This document shows, piece after piece, positions 1 through 7,171 of a stretch of 64,000 nt of DNA (positions are counted from its first letter, which is position 1; each line of letters begins with the position of its first letter). The translations under genes were made by a program, and so were the position numbers. The notes under the pieces are model-generated. The model searched no databases. It was not told the DNA's origin and saw only the letters and a program-made list of their open reading frames with translations. Location: positions 159,177 to 223,176 of the IMG/VR virus record IMGVR_UViG_3300028392_000029; one strand, given 5' to 3'.

Positions 1-395
1 TTATTGCCAACCAGTCGACCTAGAAAGTCTTGAGGATCATATGATCCAGCATGCCACAGGCCATGTGTAACTACTGGAATATTCAATAGCTCACTCATGT
101 ACTTTAAGTTGATGATGCCAGGGTGCCAAGCGTCAGTAAACAAAAAATGATCCCCAGGCTTAACTGCTCCGGAGCAAAATAAACGACCCATCTGCTCAAC
201 TTGACTAGCTTTATATATGTTAGTTCCACCAAAATTGAGAAAAGCGCCAGGGGTGGTAGCAGTCGGAATATCTGTAGGTCCGGAAATAATTTGAACATTG
301 TGTCCTGCCTTTTTAAGTAACGCAGGTACATGAGTCTTCCATTGACCCGTGTACCTTGTCTCAACTGATTCTAAGTCGACTAAGAATACGTTCAT
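1..395 (-). CDS. Glycosyltransferase (GT-B fold, GT4-like), N-terminal part; runs off the window edge
   Basis: Not in the ORF track because it is truncated. ATG at 395 overlaps the upstream TAA. Translates MNVFLVDLESVETRYTGQW...GDHFLFTDAWHPG...GLWHAGSYDPQDFLGRL, which resembles phage glycosyltransferases found beside deazaguanine genes. Confidence 0.6.
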   Translation of the reverse strand, partial: MNVFLVDLESVETRYTGQWKTHVPALLKKAGHNVQIISGPTDIPTATTPGAFLNFGGTNIYKASQVEQMGRLFCSGAVKPGDHFLFTDAWHPGIINLKYMSELLNIPVVTHGLWHAGSYDPQDFLGRLVGN

Positions 396-646
396 TATTC
401 TACAGTAGCATACTTTGGATTTTTGCCCTGATATGGCTTGCGCTCACGAGAGCTGTCCAGACGTTTAGGTCTACGTGATTTTTCAAAGTTTCGCCATGCC
501 CAACTTTCTCTGTTATAAAGATGGGACTCATCAAACGGAAACATTTCCAACCGACAGAAATTGTGATATGCTTCTAGATCATCAAAGATCTTAACAACAT
601 CAGGACGGTTTTCGAAGTAAGCGTAGTCTTTGTAATTTTTAGCCAT
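395..646 (-). CDS. Hypothetical protein (83 aa, MAKNYKDY...)
   Basis: Start moved from 754 to ATG 646, which has AAGGAAAG upstream and avoids overlap with the 666..1055 gene. Confidence 0.7.
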   Translation of the reverse strand: MAKNYKDYAYFENRPDVVKIFDDLEAYHNFCRLEMFPFDESHLYNRESWAWRNFEKSRRPKRLDSSRERKPYQGKNPKYATVE

Positions 647-665
647 GATAGCTTTCCTTGTATTT

Positions 666-1055
666 TTAATACTTAATAAATGAACCATTTTCTCCGTCTT
701 CGGAGACCTCAATCCAAACCTCACGGCCTGGATACTTGCTGGAAATAGTATCAAACAAATCGCCTGACATCATCTCGCAACTCTTGTAGTCTAGTTGGAG
801 TGTACCCTCTGCGTACAATTTTTCCAACCAGCGTTTAAACTGAATAAACTCAATATCGCGATCATCGTGGGTGACACTAATCCACACTTTGAAGTGGAAT
901 GTGTGGCGATGCGGATAGCCTAGAAAACTTACATCATATTCATCACCTGTAGCAAGTGCTGTATCTGTAAGTGCGGCTGGATATTTGTGAATACCTTCTT
1001 TCTGAAAGGTAACCCAAATCATTTTGTTAGGACGAATGTCTTGTTTAATAATCAT
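666..1055 (-). CDS. QueD/PTPS-like T-fold protein
   Basis: GIHKYP...HRHTFHFKV...DIEFIQFK...SCEM...EVSEDGENG: three-His Zn pattern and T-fold glutamates; lies in the dpdA cluster. Confidence 0.65.
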   Translation of the reverse strand: MIIKQDIRPNKMIWVTFQKEGIHKYPAALTDTALATGDEYDVSFLGYPHRHTFHFKVWISVTHDDRDIEFIQFKRWLEKLYAEGTLQLDYKSCEMMSGDLFDTISSKYPGREVWIEVSEDGENGSFIKY

Positions 1056-1627
1056 ACAGTTTCTTCAAAGAGTGAGGTATAAGTTGATATAGCCATGTTT
1101 TCAAGTGTTTTCATATCTTCATCACTTAGTCTAAAAGAATAAGATTTAGACTTCGGTAAATGCACTTGTTCAAAATATCCGTAGAAACCTTCATAAGGTG
1201 TATACCCGATATTTTCATTCATTGTAATCAATGTTTTAGCATTGTTATATGCTTTTTCTATCAGTGCTTGAATGTGCGGAGCAGAAAAATCGTAAACTCT
1301 TGCTTCGATAATCACTCCGCCTTTAATTTTAATTCTTAACTGTTGTTGAAACTTTTTCCATACATGGGAATTCTTGTAGTCATTATTAATAATGTCTTCA
1401 GCATGCATATCTGCAATAGTTTGCGCACTAGTTGCATCAACATCTCGAGTTTTTACTTCAAGACCGTATACTAATATGTCTGCGCCATGACCTCGATTAA
1501 TAGGAACACCCATAGATTCAAGTAATGCTTCGACGGCTCTACCTGCATATCCGCCAGCACTTGCTGGTACTTTTTTGCCAATTAGTTGATCAGCAATTTT
1601 AAATACTTTTACTTTTGCCTTTATCAT
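1052..1627 (-). CDS. MutH/Sau3AI-like PD-(D/E)XK endonuclease
   Basis: GGYAGRAVEALLE...GADILVYGLEVKT matches the MutH/Sau3AI G-x2-G-x3-E...(P/A)D-x6-E-x-K core. Confidence 0.65.
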   Translation of the reverse strand: MIKAKVKVFKIADQLIGKKVPASAGGYAGRAVEALLESMGVPINRGHGADILVYGLEVKTRDVDATSAQTIADMHAEDIINNDYKNSHVWKKFQQQLRIKIKGGVIIEARVYDFSAPHIQALIEKAYNNAKTLITMNENIGYTPYEGFYGYFEQVHLPKSKSYSFRLSDEDMKTLENMAISTYTSLFEETV

Positions 1628-2148
1628 TTGATAACTTCATCGTTTTTATATTGAGACCAGTCTGTAAACTTACTTCTATCCATTAGCGTATGTAGACTGT
1701 GGGACCATACACCGGGATTAGTTGCCTTAAAATCTTTGTCATCTATTTTAAGCATTGTATTATAATTCCACAATTTAATGTAAGGAATTGGCACTCTTAT
1801 TTGCGGAATAAAGTTGTTGTAGTCATTCAATCCACCGTCATTAAACTCTTCTACAGCACTTAATGGAATATCTAGACTGCATATATAACCTTCTCCTAGG
1901 AAGTATTCAATCATTTCTTCCCATTTTTTCCAACCAGCATAGTCGTTGAATACTGGATTAAAACTGTGATTTGCACCAAAGAAAATATGCTCGCAATCAT
2001 TGTTCACTGCATGAAATGCAATTTGATCAATTTGTTGAATACCTGTAACAAACAAAGTTTTTAATCCGTATGCAGGAGTATGTTCAATTTCTGTGCCAAC
2101 AAAAAATGTCACTTGCTCGCTTACACCAGTTGTATAATCACGTTTCAT
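1624..2148 (-). CDS. Conserved phage hypothetical protein in the deazaguanine cluster
   Basis: 174-aa ORF overlapping both neighbours (FFVGTEIEHTPAYG...KIDDKDFKATNPGVW). Confidence 0.75.
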   Translation of the reverse strand: MKRDYTTGVSEQVTFFVGTEIEHTPAYGLKTLFVTGIQQIDQIAFHAVNNDCEHIFFGANHSFNPVFNDYAGWKKWEEMIEYFLGEGYICSLDIPLSAVEEFNDGGLNDYNNFIPQIRVPIPYIKLWNYNTMLKIDDKDFKATNPGVWSHSLHTLMDRSKFTDWSQYKNDEVIK

Positions 2149-2389
2149 TCTTTTCTGCCTTCGATCGTTCGTACACTTTAAACATTCTAGTTACATCTTC
2201 TATACGTTCAGCAAAATGCTCAGGAGCACCTCGAGCCGCCGCTTTCATATCATATTCTTCGGGATAGTGTCTTAAACAAGCTCGAGCACCGTCTTTGATT
2301 GCTTTTGGAACTCGAGGAGTAGTCAGGATCTCTAATAGAAATCTTTTAGTTTGTACTACTGCTCGATATCTTTCATCTGGTAACGTCAT
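2138..2389 (-). CDS. Hypothetical protein (83 aa), probably leaderless
   Basis: ATG lies 6 nt after a TATAAT -10 box. Confidence 0.7.
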   Translation of the reverse strand: MTLPDERYRAVVQTKRFLLEILTTPRVPKAIKDGARACLRHYPEEYDMKAAARGAPEHFAERIEDVTRMFKVYERSKAEKNET

Positions 2390-2395
2390 ATTTGT

Positions 2396-2423
2396 ATTAT
2401 ACAGTGATTGTAACTAAAATCAA
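2396..2423 (-). promoter_or_regulatory. sigma70-type promoter (TTGATT-N16-TATAAT), leaderless transcript
   Basis: Minus strand TTGATTttagttacaatcactgTATAATacaaatATG. Confidence 0.55.
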
Positions 2424-3640
2424 TCGTTTTGGCCAAGTTCGTCAAATATGAACGGCGAACCTTTAAAATAATTATATCCAAAAAACTCATCCATAATAGA
2501 TAAACTATGTGCTGAAAACAATATTGGGGGACCGTTTGCAGGTAATCCCATATCATATGCACGTTGGTTATAGGCCATTAGTTTTCTAAACTCGATATCT
2601 CCAGCTAGATTATCTTTTGAGTTTTGACTAGCTTGCCGCCAAAATTCTGTATCAAAATTACTACCACCGTGATAGATATAGTTAATAATACGTTCTAAAG
2701 TCTGTGCTAATCTAACTTGTTCAGCGTTGGCTTCTTCTTGATTCATTTGACCTGTAACATACTTAAAAATAATACCACATACGTTTGTATAGTGGTTAAT
2801 CGATGTTGCACTAATTGGTTCAAAGAATATAGCACGATTGCCGTTCTTGATAACTCTGTTATCAACTAATTTAGTAGTATAATAGGGTTTGAATTTATAC
2901 TCTTTAGTATCTAATTCGTCTATAGTTATTTTTAGCATTTCAGCCATGTCAGCTTTTGCATCTTCAACAGTAGTGATTGTGTCGTTAAACAAATAACCAT
3001 ATGTTTTTCTACTAGTTAACGGAATTCCAAACATCCATCCATTCTTGGTAGCAAAGTGTTCTGTGTACTGAATAGGATCAAATCTTTCAAAGCTATGTAC
3101 TAGACATCTGTTTAGAATACTGCAAGTACTCATATGATAGTCTTCAGAGTAGTCTGTAGGGAAACCTCTGCAATCTATAACATAATCAAATTCTTCATTG
3201 GTTCCATTTATTTCTACAATAGCTTTATCAGAATTATTAATAACATTAGTTACTGTGCCTTCAATTATGGAAAACTTTTGCGGCCAGCATAGAGCTAATC
3301 TTTCAAATACAAATTCTTTTAATTTAAAATTATTAAAATGTACAGCTACCCCGCCCTGTAGCAATGGGTTCAACCATTCCCACTTACGCCAGTTAATATA
3401 CTTTGTTCCAAATTTAAGTGTGCTATCTAATTTTGGAGTATCTTCAAGAGTTGTAAATCGTGTACCTTTTTCCAGTAAGCCAATAAATCCAGGATTAGTA
3501 CTTTCGCCAATTCCTAAAATAGGAATAGCTGGGTCATACAGTGAAACAATGTCCCATTCATTAGTAAGTGTTGAGCAAAGGTGCGACAATGTTAGCACCC
3601 CAGCACTACCTACTCCTAGTACACCAATACGTTTCTTCAT
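2420..3640 (-). CDS. Flavin-dependent tryptophan halogenase-family protein
   Basis: GVGSAG FAD motif, IGESTNP, DCRGF, GWMFGIPL, FFEPISATS. Confidence 0.8.
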   Translation of the reverse strand: MKKRIGVLGVGSAGVLTLSHLCSTLTNEWDIVSLYDPAIPILGIGESTNPGFIGLLEKGTRFTTLEDTPKLDSTLKFGTKYINWRKWEWLNPLLQGGVAVHFNNFKLKEFVFERLALCWPQKFSIIEGTVTNVINNSDKAIVEINGTNEEFDYVIDCRGFPTDYSEDYHMSTCSILNRCLVHSFERFDPIQYTEHFATKNGWMFGIPLTSRKTYGYLFNDTITTVEDAKADMAEMLKITIDELDTKEYKFKPYYTTKLVDNRVIKNGNRAIFFEPISATSINHYTNVCGIIFKYVTGQMNQEEANAEQVRLAQTLERIINYIYHGGSNFDTEFWRQASQNSKDNLAGDIEFRKLMAYNQRAYDMGLPANGPPILFSAHSLSIMDEFFGYNYFKGSPFIFDELGQND

Positions 3641-5262
3641 TTAACTTCTCCCTCTAGCTCGTCTAGTTTAGACATTTGATCTTCAGAAAACTCTCCATCT
3701 TCTACTTCAATCTCTGCTGTGCTTGTTCCTACTTCTTCAAACAAATTAGTAAACATTGATTGTGAGTTTAGTGTTTTCTTACCTGTAGCACCTCGAGTTC
3801 CAATAATACTCATCCAGAATCTGCTGTATTCTTCTACCACAGCATCTGCGGTGCCCCGGTCACTAGTTGCAAAGATAGCTTCGATTACATCTTTAAAATA
3901 TAATCTATCAAACTTTTCTTGTACTAGCATATTAGGACAACTGCCTAAATCATATTGTCGATTAGCTTCTTGTACTGCGTTCACATGCATCCAAACATTA
4001 TGACCCATCATAACAGCATAGGTAAAACTATCCCAACTTGTTCTATTACTGACTTTACCTAGTTTGTTAACGTCCGGCATTACTGTCCAGTGTGCGGGAT
4101 TATACGGATCTAGGATTGTTCCGGGTGGAACATTTGGATTTGGAGTACCAGCGTTGTAGATACAAATTTCATTCATAAGAACACCGTCCATAATTGGACT
4201 AGTTGTAAACTTAGGAAATATTTTATCCTGTATTACTGCGTCTTGGAAGAGTCTAGTATCTGTTGCGTATTTCTTGTCGTCAGCAGAAGCCTGCATACGG
4301 TAGACCCATTTTGTCCTATCGTCTGTTTCGACATTAGTATAGATTTGTCCGTTTGCTGTTGCAAGGAATGGACTTGCGCAGTCAAAAGAGATGGTAAAGT
4401 TTTCATTATGGTATTTCCTAACAGCACGTTGAATATCGGTTAAAAGAACTGCCCACTCTAACTTAGAGGTGCCTAGGAAGTGCATCCAATCATGTTGACC
4501 CTTTTCAAGGAGCCCATCGAATCGTAATGCCACTAATCTCTTTAGTACAAGGTGGATGTCACACATATTCTGCCCACCCATACCCCAACCGTTAAATGCA
4601 CGATCGCCGTATTGCGAGCGATCACAGTAACGTTTCATTCGTTGATACCAATCTTCGGCATCTGTATGCGTTTCACCTTGTAGTACGTTTAAGAACTTAC
4701 AGTTACCATTGCGATTATTAACAAAGTAATCGTTATTGATATATGTGCCTTGCACAGCCTCTGCATATGAACTAATGCCAGTTGCCGCAACACCTGCTGG
4801 ACTACGAGCAACCCAAGCTGGGATATCAAGACCCATGCCGTAGTCCATTAGTGTGTCCATCCAAGTAAGAACTTGCTGTCGCTTCTTCATAGCTTTAGGA
4901 CAGTTAGGATCTTTCCAGTCGGCTGGCCAAACACCTTTACCAATCTGGAATCCGCCTGAGTCACCTAATACCCAACTAGTACTACGATTACGATTTCGGA
5001 ACATGTCCTCGCTTTCATCTTGTTTATTCAAATCAAGATTAGCATGGCCTGCCGAATATAAACAGTGGTCATAATAAAATGCACCTTTATCTGGATCAAG
5101 ATAGTTAAGACTTTCAACACCGTTTTTAAAACTTTTAGGAATACGTGTAGGATCTACGTAATTGCTATAGCGTTGTTTTCCGATAAAGGTGCTATAAAAG
5201 CCGCTAGTTGCTGGCAAGAATACAGCATAGTCGTTTTGTGTTGCGGTAAGATTTCTATTCAT
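3637..5262 (-). CDS. dpdA: tRNA-guanine transglycosylase-like DNA 7-deazaguanine inserting enzyme (DpdA family)
   Basis: TGT motifs DSGGFQ, LDIP, FLNVLQG, GWGMGG, HFLGTS, SFDCASP; next to queD-like and replication genes. Confidence 0.8.
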   Translation of the reverse strand: MNRNLTATQNDYAVFLPATSGFYSTFIGKQRYSNYVDPTRIPKSFKNGVESLNYLDPDKGAFYYDHCLYSAGHANLDLNKQDESEDMFRNRNRSTSWVLGDSGGFQIGKGVWPADWKDPNCPKAMKKRQQVLTWMDTLMDYGMGLDIPAWVARSPAGVAATGISSYAEAVQGTYINNDYFVNNRNGNCKFLNVLQGETHTDAEDWYQRMKRYCDRSQYGDRAFNGWGMGGQNMCDIHLVLKRLVALRFDGLLEKGQHDWMHFLGTSKLEWAVLLTDIQRAVRKYHNENFTISFDCASPFLATANGQIYTNVETDDRTKWVYRMQASADDKKYATDTRLFQDAVIQDKIFPKFTTSPIMDGVLMNEICIYNAGTPNPNVPPGTILDPYNPAHWTVMPDVNKLGKVSNRTSWDSFTYAVMMGHNVWMHVNAVQEANRQYDLGSCPNMLVQEKFDRLYFKDVIEAIFATSDRGTADAVVEEYSRFWMSIIGTRGATGKKTLNSQSMFTNLFEEVGTSTAEIEVEDGEFSEDQMSKLDELEGEVK

Positions 5263-5613
5263 TTAGATCCAATGTTGTACTAGAACCATAAGACTTAACC
5301 AAGCCCACATGGTATTGAAACCGACTAGCGTTGGTAATGACTTTTTACGACTAGCCCAAATAAGTGTTACACTAGTTAACAAGGTTAGGTAGTATAATTG
5401 CCAGATTTGAATTCCAAAGATTAAACCTGGAATGATAATGATTGCCTTGGCCAGCCAACTGACAAATTCTACAGTATTGTAGCCAGTCCAATATTCTTTT
5501 GTAAACCACATCATATAGCAGTCACGCATATTTGCCCAACCGCTATGTGAGTAGCAAATTACCATTAACACTAGCCATACACCTACAGCTAATAAAATTT
5601 GATCAGTAGTCAT
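5263..5613 (-). CDS. Small multi-pass membrane protein
   Basis: 116 aa with about four hydrophobic segments; abuts both neighbours. Confidence 0.7.
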   Translation of the reverse strand: MTTDQILLAVGVWLVLMVICYSHSGWANMRDCYMMWFTKEYWTGYNTVEFVSWLAKAIIIIPGLIFGIQIWQLYYLTLLTSVTLIWASRKKSLPTLVGFNTMWAWLSLMVLVQHWI

Positions 5614-6344
5614 TATTTGCTTAGTGCAGGTAAAATATAATTGTATTCAGCAACACCGCTGTCTACAGTAATTTGCATGGCACCTGAGTCCGAAATCTTC
5701 ATAGTCAAATCTCCTGGCAATGCTAAAATACTTTGTACTTGTTGTACAGGCCATGACAATGTCTGACGCATTTTTCCAGTAATTCCAGATTGGAAAGTAA
5801 ATGATCCAGCATGTGTGCTTGCATCGCCGAAACTAAACACTAGATCGCTGCCGTCAGTTTTAACTTGGAAACTAGATTCTTCAGTATGAGCTGCCGCCTG
5901 GTATTTTAATTTTTGGATCGATGCGACTGTAGGTTGTACTTCGACATCCCAGCTAACACCTTTGAATTTGACGGTTTTAAGTTTTTCATTAATAACTTCG
6001 TTATTCATAAAACGATAATCGTTTTCAAAGTCACCGGTCGCATTTTGAAAATGCAAGCCTGTTGGAACTTCTTCACCGTTACGTTGTTGTTTAACAACTT
6101 TAATACCGGCGCCTTCTTTGTACTCCGGGCATTTCAAATGCAAATCTAATTTATTAAGTTGTGGCATTCCAAACACACCTTCGAAATTATCAACTGGGTT
6201 ATGTGTTTTTGCACTGAAAATAACTGAACGGTCTTCAGCCATTGATTCAATTGCGGTTTCTTTGTCGCTGGCACTTACTTTAACTAAAGGCAGGAAGCCC
6301 AGGTTGTGTGTATGTGCTACTAGGTCTTGTAAAAAGTCTTTCAT
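5613..6344 (-). CDS. Sliding clamp (gp45/PCNA-like)
   Basis: About 243 aa with a beta-rich two-domain pattern and C-terminal YNYILPA; close to polB; a clamp loader is also present. Start set at MKDFLQ, which has a GGAG SD. Confidence 0.6.
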   Translation of the reverse strand: MKDFLQDLVAHTHNLGFLPLVKVSASDKETAIESMAEDRSVIFSAKTHNPVDNFEGVFGMPQLNKLDLHLKCPEYKEGAGIKVVKQQRNGEEVPTGLHFQNATGDFENDYRFMNNEVINEKLKTVKFKGVSWDVEVQPTVASIQKLKYQAAAHTEESSFQVKTDGSDLVFSFGDASTHAGSFTFQSGITGKMRQTLSWPVQQVQSILALPGDLTMKISDSGAMQITVDSGVAEYNYILPALSK

Positions 6345-6364
6345 ATGATTCTCCATGTTTAATG

Positions 6365-6393
6365 ATTATACTTAGGTTTTTTGACTATGTCAA
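6365..6393 (-). promoter_or_regulatory. sigma70 consensus promoter for the clamp-dpdA operon
   Basis: TTGACA-tagtcaaaaaacctaag(17)-TATAAT. Confidence 0.85.
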
Positions 6394-6396
6394 TGT

Positions 6397-7170
6397 TTAT
6401 TTTCTTATTTTGTTGTTGTATTTCACCACTTCTTCTACAACGGTTACAGGGGTATTTAGGTTTTTTGCATAATGTATGAAAGCATTTGTGTCTTTAGGAA
6501 AACACGCTCCGCCAAACCCAAACAATCCATCGGATCCAGGCACGTTCATATGGCTTAATCCAATTCTAGTATCTGCAGAGACTAACTGTTTGACTAATTC
6601 ATAGTCTGCACCGTTGGCCTGACATACTTCATAAATTTGATTAAAAAACGCTACCTTTGTACTTAAAAAACTATTAATTGAATATTTGATCATACTAGCT
6701 TCCGTAATACTACACGGGAGAAAGAATTCGCATTTTTTAAGAACAGATGAAAATAAGTTTTCCCAGAAACTATTGAAATCTTCTCCGCCGATAATCATAT
6801 ATTCTTGATTTAAGAAATCTTCATCAGCAGTTGCCGCACGTAGAAATTCTGGACTATAACAAATATGATGATTAGGATAATCGACTAATATTTGAGATAG
6901 CTGATCCGGGGGTATAGTTGACTTAATTAAAACTGGTAAATTATCCGGCGTATTTTCTAATACTGATCGTATCTGTGTGTCGTCACAACTACCGTTGGGC
7001 AAACTTGGTGTACCTACACATATGATAACACCTTCTCCTGTTTTGTAATCAGATACACTACTAGTGTTGATCTTTGGATCAACAATGTGAATAGTATGCT
7101 CAGCCGCCAATGCTAGACCAACCGCCTTACCTACAAATCCATAACCTGCAATTATAATTTCTTTTTTCAT
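6397..7170 (-). CDS. ugd: UDP-glucose/GDP-mannose dehydrogenase family (short form, C-terminal domain absent)
   Basis: GYGFVG Rossmann motif, ICVGTP, KSTIPP, SPEFLR, GFGGACFPKD with catalytic Cys; start set at MKKEII (7170). Confidence 0.85.
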   Translation of the reverse strand: MKKEIIIAGYGFVGKAVGLALAAEHTIHIVDPKINTSSVSDYKTGEGVIICVGTPSLPNGSCDDTQIRSVLENTPDNLPVLIKSTIPPDQLSQILVDYPNHHICYSPEFLRAATADEDFLNQEYMIIGGEDFNSFWENLFSSVLKKCEFFLPCSITEASMIKYSINSFLSTKVAFFNQIYEVCQANGADYELVKQLVSADTRIGLSHMNVPGSDGLFGFGGACFPKDTNAFIHYAKNLNTPVTVVEEVVKYNNKIRK

Positions 7171-7171
7171 A

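Noticed and set aside
104-364. 86-aa minus-strand ORF from the track
   Set aside because: It is an alternate frame inside the truncated glycosyltransferase gene (1..395)
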